Below, piece by piece: positions 12,033 to 51,201 of a stretch of 64,000 nt of DNA; the first letter of the stretch is position 1; each line of letters begins with the position of its first letter. The position numbers and the translations under genes are program-made. A model generated the notes under the pieces. That model was given only the letters and a program-made list of their open reading frames with translations. It made no database searches and was not told where the DNA came from. Source of the stretch: Bugula neritina (taxonomy: Eukaryota; Animalia; Bryozoa); assembly GCA_964035545.1 (NCBI GenBank), contig OZ037766.1, positions 8,174,722 to 8,238,721 on the forward strand, given 5' to 3'.

Positions 12033-14475
12033 ATTGATTATTACGGCGAAGACGACCGAAGGCGAAATCGCCGGGAAGATGTCGAATGCAAAGTATATGT
12101 AGGTGACCTAAGTAAAGATGCATCTGAACAGGAGCTGGAGAAAGAGTTTGCTGCTTACGGCAGGTGAGGTGAACTTCAACTTGAAGTTGATATGATCATG
12201 AATGATAATGATGATGATATGGTTTAATTTTACTACTTTTGTTTAATTGTTTGGCACTTGAAATTGTATCACTTTATTGGTAAATCTTAGTTCTGCCATG
12301 ATGATGATCGCTACTAATAATAATATAAAAGTAAAAGACAAAAGTGAAAAGCGATATGTAAAGATGATATTAAATTTAATAATAATTTAAACCAAAGACA
12401 AGTGAAAGTGAAAATCCAATATGAAATTGAATAAATATCAACATCAGTAATACTAATAGTATCACTTTAACTATACGTATTACTATTAGTATTAGTATTA
12501 GTATTACTATTAGTGTTTGGTTATTAGTTAGTGTAACTATAAGTATAAGTATAGTTCATTTAAATATAAAATTCAGTATTCAATTGAAGATGAATAACCA
12601 GGGTTGGGGTAATTGTAATTTGTAATTGATGTATAAAAATGTGATTCTAATAGTAATTAATTACATATCTAATGTAATTGATTTTTGAAATTAATTTAAT
12701 GATTACATGTCAATTACTTCATATTTTTGAATTTTTAAGTCTCATACTTTTCCTACCATTACAATGTCTTCTGTTAAATAACAACTAAACAAGTTCAGAT
12801 TAATTCAATGTAGTATTGTATCACCCTATAAATCAATGTGAAACTAAAGGATGTTCTCCTGTGTCAAAATTGCCCAGGTAGTTGGACTGCAGAAGTGAGA
12901 TTATATATAGCTTGCCTTAATTTTTTTTAATCTAGTATGTTTATATTTATTTTGTTATAGAATTAAGAAAGTTTGGGTCGCCAGAAACCCTCCAGGTTTT
13001 GCATTTGTGGAGTTTGAAGACCCCAGAGATGCGGAGGATGCTATTTCGGGTATGAATGGACAGTAAGTTTTATTGATTATACTTTGTACTATTATACTAA
13101 ACTGCTGTGTTTATTAAATATCATAGTTGTATGCTTGTGTGCAGTATAAGGGTAAATACAGTCATACATTCTAAGTACATTACTTTTATGTAAAGTTTTT
13201 CTGTACAGCTACATGTTAAATATTTGTTTTGAAAGAAGGGGACGTCTGCAATTTATTAGAATAATGTGGTGTTCATTACCAGCTTTCTCGGCTATGGGTA
13301 TATGCAATTTTGAACATGGTCAGTGTTGGTAAAAATTTGAGTTCTCGAATTGTTACTTTTTCAGAGATTTCTGTGGCCAACGTATCAGAGTAGAGCAGGC
13401 CTCTGTTAGACGGTCTGGACGCGGTGGTGGGCGTGGTGGAGGATATAGCCGAGGTCCACCTCGATACGACTCATACAGGGGAGGACGAGATGGCGGCGGT
13501 AGAGGTGGCTATGGCGGCGGTGGTAGAGGAGGCTATGGAAGTGGCGGTAGAGGCGGCTATGGGGGTCGCGGCGGCGGTGGTTACAAATATGGAGAGTCTG
13601 GTAGCTATGGAGGAGGTAGCAGCAGCAGCGGCAGCAGGTATTTTTTGTTCTCTAGTATCTCAAGGTGTTGACTATTTTTTAAATAAATTATTCGTTTAAT
13701 TCACTGGCTTGCATAGAATTAAAACAATATATATTAATTGTTCTTGTTGAGCTTCTAATGAATAAATATAGAATTTGCTTTGTTTAATTCTAACTGGGAT
13801 TTGAGTAAATGATTTGTTTCAGCATGAGCCTTTTTAATTCGTGTTGTCATACTTTTAGGTTGCTAATAGCATGGTTATTACAACTTCTGCTTCATGGGGG
13901 TCATGTTAAGGGCAACTTGCTTATTGGCTGATAAAATATATCTGCTGCCAACTTGAAAGTGCATCTCCAATTTAATTCGGCAATCATCAGCCCATCCAGT
14001 CACTGCATAGTGGACAGATGTAGCCAATGTACATCCGCCAATCAGCCTTGTCTTAATATATCCTACAAGTTCACTTCCTTCAATAGCTTCAGTGTATTGT
14101 ACAACTTGCCCGCCAGCTAGGCTGCTCAGCGTTAAATTACAATTCTGAATTTTCTTCACCTCATAAACTTACACAAAACTGCATCACAACATCTTCACTG
14201 AGTTGTATGTTACTCAATCAGGTTTGTAATGTCTGGTAAAAAATTGAAGTTTTACATTATTTCACTATAATAAAAAATACAATTTCAGTAGAGCTAGTGA
14301 AAATTATTGTAAAAGTCCCAAAGATAATACTGTGAGCTGTGCAATGTTTTATTTGAATCTATGTTTTACCGCATGTTGGAGATTTGATTGAAAGGTTTGT
14401 GTATTTTATAGGAGTTATGGTCGAGACAGACGTCATAGTTATTCTCGTAGCAGGAGCAGGTCACCTGGACATTAA
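12033..14475 (+). CDS. Tandem SRSF3/7-like paralog: RRM + RGG/GY-rich region + degenerate knuckle + short RS tail, ~189 aa if started at ATT 12033; 'SR-B'
   Basis: Exons 12033(?)-12163, 12961-13062, 13365-13637, 14412-14475 (TAA), plus a 3'UTR intron 14487-15140 and AATAAA near 15347. Intron positions and phases match SR-A. RRM is closely similar ([32 protein letters not shown]) and the linker [10 protein letters not shown] is shared. Start codon uncertain. Confidence 0.88.
13859..14221 (+). other. Candidate poison cassette exon of SR-B
   Basis: ttttag acceptor (alternative in-frame acceptor at 13822) and CAG|GTTTGT donor. In-frame TGA at 13929-13931. Enriched in CAACTT/CATC. Same intron as the SR-A cassette. 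Confidence 0.55.
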
Positions 14476-14601
14476 CAAGTTTCGATGTAAGTTTCATAGC
14501 TTATAAAACAATCACATGGGTTTATACTCGCCATCACTATGAGAATTCCTGATGAAAATGACCTGCTTTTCTATTGTGGCAATTGTGCAATTATAACCAA
14601 T

Positions 14602-14680
14602 GGCCTTTACCGGGATTTGAACTTCTGACCTTGTTTTTACTAAGCCAGTACTCTAACCCTTAGGGCCTAGGCCCTAGACC
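14602..14680 (-). mobile_element. Degenerate tRNA-like head (probable tRNA-derived SINE fragment)
   Basis: Minus strand reads ...GGCCCTAAGGGTTAGAGTACTGGCTTAGTAA...GGTCAGAAGTTCAAATCCCGG: A-box-like and B-box (GTTCAAATC) at tRNA-like spacing, but the stems do not pair well. Confidence 0.45.
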
Positions 14681-15687
14681 ATAGATTATATTATGAGTGT
14701 GATATATTAGGCATGGCAACTGAGAATAATTTGTCTTTAAAATTGGCTTTATCAAATAGGACTTAGTTATGCATGTCCTGTTGTATTGCTATCATACAAG
14801 TGCATGAATCATCTTCAGTGATGCAACACGAAGTACAGCATTGGTTCTTCATGCAATGTGTTTTGTACTGCTTTGGCCTGTAAATTAAGCATAATATTTC
14901 CAGTTTCTTTACATCATAAAGATGGGACAACTACATAAATCTATTAGAGATTTGGTTATTGGCTAAACATAATCTTTGAATACAAATATTTTTATGCATG
15001 TAAAATGGACTTCTAATGTGTAAAACATCATCTTTTACTCTTAAATAAGCCTAAATATTATAGATTTGTTTTGTGTAGTCAATCCTGAATAAACAAGCTA
15101 TACTGTACAATTTTTATGAATATGAATTTTTCTTTTACAGGTGCTGTAGAATTACAAGCTAAGAGAGCCTATGGTATAGAGCTTGTAACTACAAAAAACT
15201 ATGTGAAAAATTACGTGCATGACTTACTAATTTGGGCTCCTTTGCAGCTGTAGTGTCATTGTATATTTCCTATTATAATCATTGTTCATTTTCTTTATGA
15301 CTTAGGTATAAGCATTTAATTAAAATGTTATAAATGTGTTATTTGTAATAAACCGCAAAATAAATATATATATATATAAAGTTACAATACTTATTTCTAC
15401 TAGTTACCAGCTTACAAAACTTAAAATATGCTGATAAAGAAACATAAAATAAAATACAAATCTACACAAATATTGTGGTAATAAATAAAAGGGTCTGTAA
15501 AAGATGGGTTGTCAATTGTTTTAGTATTAATTTACCTGTGTTAGTAAATTGTTCATAAATTCCATGTCTTCAAGTTTCAAAAATAGTAAATTTAGTGACA
15601 TCCTTTCTATAAAATATTTTGAAGCTTTCTACAAAGTTGCTATTGAATCGCCCCCTCCCCCCTTTACATTCAGTAAGGGTGAGTGTA

Positions 15688-34550
<18,863 letters not shown>

Positions 34551-37232
34551 CTGGGTTTATCTGTATATATAGGCTATATATTATATATGCATATATGTAT
34601 ATAAATTTAAACGTGTGTATTGAGTTATTGATTTAAAACATTCAGCAAGTACATCAAACAGGTTTACTATCACATTTGACTAAGAAGCATCATATAATTG
34701 CTTCGTTGTTGATTTTACAAGTATCAAATCACAGTTTGTTCAATTTAGTGTCTGCAAGCATCTGCAGCTCCGTTAGTTAGAACTTGCAGATTTAATACTC
34801 TGCATATGACTCTAATGAATTAGAAGATTAATTTGACATCACAGCTGTCACCATCTCTGCCTGTTACACAATAAATAAATCGATATACTATTAAAAATTA
34901 CCTTTGTCAGAGCAAATGTCAAGCTTTGTGGCTAGAATTTACATAATTATGCCTTTGAGAAGTCATAATAGCTTATAGCCAATCCTGAGAGAATTTTGCT
35001 TTGGAATCTTTTATTTTGTGCAGATTACGTTTGAGAAAAACACCATATCCTTCTCAGTCTTCTTCAAGCTAATAATAACGTCTGTTTAGAAAGATATTCA
35101 TTCTATTAATATTTGTAAAAACCAACTTTGTGTTTGTTAGAAAAATGGGAGGAGATAAGTTGTCCCTAATCCAATCATTTTGTACTAGCATCTATAATAA
35201 AAAGTTTGACAACTCCAAAAAAACTTTTACATCCTAGTGCTCAATATTTAAAAGAAAACTATTTAGTACTGGAAGTTAGCAACTTGGAAGCTGTCTAGCT
35301 ATGAAAGTAAAGCCAGAACTCATAATCTCATGTTAAGCAAAAACTACATCTCGGCTCTATAAAAGCAAGCACCTTCTTTTACTAGTCAATGTTTCAGACT
35401 AACTAAACAGATTTTACTAGCAAACAAAACTTGAGAGTAGATTATGATATCATGTGCATACAAATGTCTATTGTATAGAATTGAATGTGTCAATAAAGGC
35501 ATATGAAATAAAAATGTTCATCAATTCATGAATAATAGAAATTCTATGAGGAAATAGTAAGCTAACATAGCCTAATGGGACTGATATTTTATTGCATTGG
35601 CTTGCTTCAATAAAACTATCACTGAGCTTGAATAAAGTTGCAGAATTGTAGATTGGATAACATAAACAGGCTGTTTATGCATGAGTTATAACATTTGCAG
35701 CACATTATATATCATTGAAACTAAAACTAAGCCTTATGGGACATTTTTAGTACGTCCTGCAGACTGTCAGCTTGCTTAAAAATAACATTCTTCAATATTT
35801 ACTCGCTTAGAGAATAAAAATGAAGTTTTAATATGAATATAATTTATTAGTATTGAAAAGTTTTTAATTTTCAACACATGTTTCTCAACTTTTAGTTATA
35901 GAGCACTACGGTGATTAGAAAAAGAATAAAGAAATAAATACGAAATAAGAGAAAAGTATGTAAATACAAGCATTAATTGTAGTGAGATAGCTAGCATAGC
36001 AATAATGATTATTTTACAAGAGCTCATATGATACACTATTTAAACATATACCATACCAAGGGAGTACAATTCTGCTAATATATTAATATGCTTTCATCAA
36101 TTAGCTCATCTCCTTCCAGGCATTCCTTTAGAATTCACCAATCAGGCTCAAATCTTACATTACAGCTTTAAAAAATTTAGATATAATGCTATGTTCAAAT
36201 TTTTTGACTGGATGAACAAACTTGATTTTTTTAAACTTTAAAGCTTGTTGCCATATGTGCCTGAAAAGTGAAATGTTCTGCCAAATAAGCTCATACAAGT
36301 AGTAATTTTTATTTGGTATATTACTATAAATCACAAATACAAAACGTACCATGTTATGCTATGTTTTCAAGGAATTCTTCCATGTTATACAAATTTCGTT
36401 GTTTGCATTTTGCTTGAACTAACAGATTCTCAATGGATTCATATCATTATTACTTATAATATTATGTATTATGCATGCATATATCATGCATATTATATAT
36501 TATAGTTGTTAAAACAATGACTTTCAAAATATAAAAGTATAGATATGTTTATAAAGCTTTGATTCTCTCATCAGCTTATCAATATCTAAACTAAAGCAGC
36601 CTATTCTGTTCCTAATTTAGTTTTTTTCATAAAGCACAATCGGTTCTCTAAAATATTGACCCAGTCAGCAATGAAATTAATAAGGAAGGTTAAAGATAAA
36701 TAATCTCAATGGCCAGCTGTATAACCCAGTTCTAAAATTGTAAACTTCCTAAACAAGTCATATAACCCAGTTTCCTGTTTCTAAATTAAAATAAAATGAA
36801 TTCTTATACGATTTACTTATAATACTATAAATTATATAATATAGTCGAGAAACTTATTCATATAGTAGAACAATGAAATCTATACATAGTGTAATTAGAG
36901 TATCAGAAATAAAACATAGATAATGTAGTCTAAATAAAGACACGCATTAAAATTATAATATATAACAATATGTAACACCCCTGTTTTCCCAAGCTTATTA
37001 TCCGCAAAACAAACAAAGGTTCTGGAAAATTGGTAACTCATACCATCTTCTGTGCTATCCAATTAGAAAAGTTGTTTCATTTATCTGTGTAAATGTGATT
37101 ACTAATATTGCAAGCCTATTGGCCAAACTTTAAACTATATAAGCAAGCGCATTTATGAATAAACGCTAAGCAGACACCAACATATCAAGAAGTAGCAAGT
37201 TTATGCTGTAACTAGAAGCCACAATCAAAAGC

Positions 37233-39382
37233 ATGTTGGCAATTCGCAGATTTTTATCAAGAAATAAAAAAATCCACAAGCTTAAACGGATGCAAGTATG
37301 TTAAAAGTGTTCATCTAAATTTAAAAATTTTCTTGCGACATTTTTAATATCATCTAATACTAAATAAAAGTACCACTTGGGGCTTCCGAAATAAAAGAGA
37401 TTATATTTTGTACTTGTCGAAAATAGTGTATCTGAACATGTTATGCTATATTTATATCACAGGAATGCGAAAGTGTCAGTGACATTTCTGACATCTCGCC
37501 AATTAAGAAGAGAAGTAAACTTGAAAGGCTTCTCAGAATAAGAAAGAAGAAAAAAGGTGAAAAATTTTGATAACTTTTATGTCTAATTAATTAAGTTATC
37601 TATATTGGTCCCACAATCAATCATGGAAAGTTTTAAAACCTACCAAATTGTTTTTATAAATCGATAAAAATATTGCAAATTGAATCATTACAAATAAATA
37701 TATATTGGTTAAGCAAAATCTTTTAATCTTTTCAATTAAACTTGAATTGCATTACATTGCATTGACAAAGCTGCTTAAAATGAATGTGTGAATTTGCCTT
37801 AAAAATGCTTACCTTCTGTCAACATAGAACTTCAATACGGATTGTAAAATTCTACTTACCAGTGAAAATTTAGAATATTTGCAGTTTATATGATTGTGAT
37901 ACATTTTTAATGAGTACATACACTGACTTATAGACAATTGCTGTTAAAAGACTGTATAAAAATTTTTTGTACAATAATTTAATTTTTGTAAAGTTGAATG
38001 CTTATATTATATTTATAGATGGTAGAAGAGGGCTTTTCAAACAGGCTGACCATAATGACCGAAGTGAAAAAGAGCAGGTCAAGAGTTCACCACCACATCC
38101 CAGTAAGTTTTGCTGAGTTGTACACTACACAGCTTTACAGCTAAATTTAAACATAAAGTTACAATCTTAATATATAGGAAGGCCCTTATACATTTACTAT
38201 AATTATGTTCAAGAAACCGAGTGTGTTTTGTAATTTATAAACTTACTATTTTAGATGGATTTCAAAACTTTGGGTATAATTACACAAATCCCACATTGCA
38301 GGTAATATACTGTATATACAATATATAAATTTATGTATATGTGTTTATAAAGTTCACAAGAATAATATAATTTACCAGTTAACTATGATAATGACTTAGC
38401 CTAAAAGGTCAAATGAATTTTTTCTGTTCTATTTCTAAAAGTGGCACCCACGCAACGCTATAGCAATGCAACAAATATCTGCTCTACCATTATGGGTTTG
38501 TGGGTTTGTAATAAATGTGTATTGTGACTTTTGAAACCTTTTTGAAAAAGTTGTAAAAATATCTGCTGTAGGTTGAAATTCTTGTTAGTCCCAAACCAAA
38601 ATTTATTAAAAAGACTAAAGAACTTGGCTATAAAAATTTTTCTACTACTGCACCTAAATGACTGCACTAATTAAAATGTTATGATTGCACTAACTTTTAC
38701 TAAATAAGTTTTGTCAGGACTTTCTTATCAATATTTACTGTAACTAAAATAGTTGCTAACTTACTTGTTAATTCAATGTTGTTGATAATCACTACATTCA
38801 GTTGACCTGTAAGTTATATGGATACTAATACATGATATAGTAAATGCAGCCGAAGTTTCATCTTTTCGAGTTTTTGTGTAGAAAACACAAGCATCTTAGA
38901 GATATTTACTGTCAGCTAATATATATTCATAGACTACTAACTCTCTCTCTGGCCCTGGAATTCAAGACATTATAACGATGTTGGATAAGATGCACAAGGC
39001 CCAGGAAGATCAGAACAAGCTACTTAAACAACTTTTTGAACAGACTTTAAGGTAGGTGTAGCTCAACAATGACAAGAGTGTAATCAATTGTTTTATGTAG
39101 AACATGTCTTTTTAATACCTGAAACATTTGATTAAATGCATGTGTCTGATACATTATCCAAAGTGTGAAAATTTTCTGTCCTCCGCTTGTATATAACAGA
39201 CGACATAATATTGTCTTTATTTGAATTCTTCACCGATTCAAGCTAATCCATTTACATGCATGTGTAGACCTCCGGTGCAGGCTTGTGGCAGCCTTTCAAG
39301 TGACGAAGGTTCAAGGTCAGCTTCTCTAGTGTCTGCTGAAGACGCTACATACATGTCCACCTCATCTGATGACAATTCATAG
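37233..39382 (+). CDS. Small unrecognised protein, 173 aa, 6 coding exons (basic N-terminus, short coiled coil, S/D-rich tail)
   Basis: Exons 37233-37295, 37463-37556, 38019-38102, 38255-38301, 38933-39051, 39268-39382 join with phases 0,1,1,0,2 into a 522-nt ORF with good donors (GTATGT, GTGAAA, GTAAGT, GTAATA, GTAGGT). TAG is immediately followed by GTATGT. 3'UTR exon from ~40170, AATAAA at 40368. Confidence 0.78.
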
Positions 39383-40867
39383 GTATGTAAAGTTACCGAA
39401 TCTCACTAGCTGAGGTATGTAAGTGAACTTTTAGGGTTGTCAAGGTTTGAATGCAATTACTTGCACTCTTCAACATTTAACCGAAATTTAGGTTATAATG
39501 TACTATATTGTGATGAAAACATTATAGGATTACTTCTCTAAAAATTTCCAGCAATTAGCATTTCATTGCACTAAACAGATCAAGAACTTTGATAATTCCT
39601 GAAACTCAACAGAAATTGATTTGTTGGTGGCTGCATGTCCAACAGATGCATAAGTATTGCTGCTATTTAAAGCAGCACCGTCAATGTAGCAGATCATAGG
39701 TTGCAAGTTTCACACTATTTTTAGTGATCTTAAATTTTGGCTTTCAGCCGTAAACACTAAATCAAGAGCGTACAAGTCTGAAAAAATTCTCTCTGATGTT
39801 ATGTAGGTGACACATGATATATTTAAACTACATTCTGTATGCAAAAGTTGATTTGTCTCACCAGTTGTCATCACAGCATAGTAATATAATACTTTCTGAA
39901 GGTCTTCCTCTACAATGTAGAAATATAAAAATGCCCCAAAAACACATCATATTGCATAATTTGTTCACAGGCTACTTTTGCATCATAAAGTTTGTTGCAA
40001 TGTGTTCAACTCTTTATGTAGATTCAGCAAGTCTTAAAGTCAGATAATATAAAAAGTGCTTATATTAGCGAAAGAAATGACCTCTAAATATGTTTTAGCA
40101 TTGCTAAGTAAACTAATATTACTGACACAACATACTGCATAGATATATTACCTATCATATTTCTTGCAGGGAGCATATATGATTGATGATAAAGGTGGTG
40201 AGGCAAGCTTTAGATAGTTTGTAGTTTAACCCCACATTATAGAGCTTTCTTCAACTGCCTACGTAATATATATGTAACTTTTAAATATTGTTTTTTAATG
40301 TCAATATATTATTGCATGCAACCATATATTTTCAAAATACTTATACAATTTTAACAAACACTAAATTAATAAAATGATTCTGCTGCTCATTTTGATTTTA
40401 TTATCATTTGCACTTTAAATAAAATAACCCATTCAATATGTACATATATGCCAGTTTGTATTTCAAATAAACATGAAATTACTTATTGACATCCAAGGCT
40501 AAAGTGTAAATGTTAGAAAAATGACCAGTAACAGAAATATTTACAAAAAAAATCGCATAACATGCTATAAGAATGAAAGGGATTCCATAACAAATGAACA
40601 GTGAGTTAAAAGATGATGACTAATATGTACAATGCATCAATTGTCCTTAAACTACTCATTGATTATGCAGTTTTTGAAATGCATTTGGCAAGGAGTTGAC
40701 CAATGCAGCCATCTTTTAAGGTAAAGTGAAAAATGTACAGATAATGCTACTCTTCATTAGAAACCTAGAGAAATATGGATGCTTTTCATCACTAAAGTCA
40801 GAGAGTTTTGACTAGGAGGGTTTCTGTACAATATAGCACATCACTTAATTTAGTTTATTAGCAGGCG

Positions 40868-48872
<8,005 letters not shown>

Positions 48873-51201
48873 TATACTTGTCTAGTAGTTTAGTCATTGT
48901 TCAATCTTTTGATTTTTGAAATCTACTAGTACTAGTATTTCTTTTTTATTTTCACATTTTAACCGTTCGCCATGACAGTTATCTTCGCTGAATTACGTTA
49001 TCTTCGGCCTACAACGAAAAGATCCTCACTAAAAATTTATTTTGAGACAAGATAACTCCTTAAAACCTTGCGTGTAATCTGAGTTTAGAAATTTACATAC
49101 TATACGTTATGTATACATTATAGCAAAATAAGCGACACAAACATAATATAGTAACAGGGTTTTTTAGTTTTCAATTAATTTTTTTACATTGATTATTCCT
49201 CTTTTTGCTTTCAAACTACTAGCTGTCTATATCACAAAATATAGGTTTGTATAATGTATAGATGTAAGTACTAAGTCAAATCTGAAAAAAATCATTAGCT
49301 GCATGTTGCGCATGATTGCACTCATTTATACCTAATACGTGTGTTGTAGCACAAGCTATACATGTATAAACACCGTAATAAAAAGTCTATCAGTTCAACT
49401 ATATAAACCAGTATAGTTTTATGAAAATTGGATTAATCAGTATTGGTGGTGTGAAAGTATTTTAAACTTCATTTATGATCTTGGATAAATTTATTAACAA
49501 CTTTAGCTTATATAATTATTGTAGTATACGCTTAATGAATAATATGGCGATTAAACTAATTTAAAACAATTTAGTATTGCATCATGCAGGTACCCTGATT
49601 TGTCTAATTAGGCTGCCATTGACCGCAAACTTGAATTATTTTGGAAATTTTCAGTGCACAAAAGATAAAGAGTTATAGTGTCCATCACTGCAATTATAAG
49701 TTTATCAAAATAAAAGATCATGGCAAAACAACTTTTGAGCTAACAGCAACCATTATAAGGAAATTCTGTTTGATTTGTTTTTCTAATATATTCACACATG
49801 AGGTCAGCAATAACAAATGTAGTTATGTGTATACATAATATTATATGCAATAAAATCATTGATCTTCATTTCAAGAGTTGTCATATAGCAAAAAAAACTT
49901 TATGCTGTTGAAAAACATTCTAGCAGCATGAAAAAGCCTACAGGGTAGAAATGTTATAAAAATAGCAAAAGTTTGGAAACATGCTAAGGTAAATCAAGTA
50001 AACACATATATATAACGTCATAGTATAGGTCAACATACAAATTAACCGTAGACATCATTGATGTTATTAGGCAGCCATGTAAAACATGTCAGCTAATTTA
50101 TATAATTATTTGCATAGTTGATATTTTTTTAACCTTTCTGAAGGATGAATAAATTAAATATTGTCTCGACCTGAGCTGCACGCATACTGTGTATATGCCT
50201 CGTGTCAGCTAATTGGATGTCGCTCTCATTTAGGCTTTAACACCCTATTGATTAATTGCACGTAGATCACAGTAGAGTAATGAATAAATTCTTAAATATA
50301 TTGAAAAAAATTGACATGCCAATTAATTGATATTAACCTAAAAAGTACATTGCTTATAAGACGCGAATTTCTCCAGGAAATGCAATGATGTGTGTATAAA
50401 TCTTACTGCATGTTGGTGCTTACAGCTTGGTTGATTGTTTGAATTCATGTTCTTTATGTTTGGCATGATGATGTAGCAGGGTTTAGCTCATGGACAGATT
50501 TCTGTTCACAGTTTAGTAATCTCACCAACAACCGACAGATACAACACAACATGTTAGATAGTGTTTTTCTGTTAATAAAGCAAGTCAATTTGTTTTAATA
50601 ATGTTGCATTTATTGCACAACATAATCTCAAAATTCATTTGTACAGTATAATTGTAAAATATTTACAGCAATAAATATAAAACTGATAAAGCATTTAAAC
50701 AGAAAGGAATATATTGATTATGATACATTTTGAATAGAAAAATATTTTCCATTAGTAAATGGCGTGACTTTTTGCTATGATAGACATAAAAATAATTCTG
50801 ATGACAATATTAGATATATTAAAATAGGCCTTTTATGTTTCAAAATGACTTCTGCAAATAAGCTGTAGGTTGTATTGATTAAAGTATTAGTTGCTTAACA
50901 GCTTTTTAATGATTTACAACACTAAATTAAAGAGTGATATTTTAGTTTGAATTTTAGCAACATACCAGCCAGGTTTAAACATAAAACAATTATGAATGAT
51001 TGATTGTCATTCTGATTCCAAACTATTTAGCATATTTGTTAAAGGAGGGCTACACTAAAATGAATTCTTTAATTTGCTCTAACCGCAAAGATATGACACT
51101 GGTGATCGTAAATGGTTTCCACTGCTTGGTACATTCACCAACATGATGAAGATGAAATTAATTATGATTTTCAGTTTTGAAAGCTTCATCAAGGGCCCAG
51201 T

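Noticed and set aside
13424-13699. 91-aa Ala/Val/Glu-rich ORF ([10 protein letters not shown]...)
   Set aside because: Shifted-frame reading of the Gly-rich exon of SR-B; GTG start, runs into the intron.
14602-14680. Functional tRNA gene
   Set aside because: Acceptor and T stems do not pair convincingly; kept only as a SINE-like relic.
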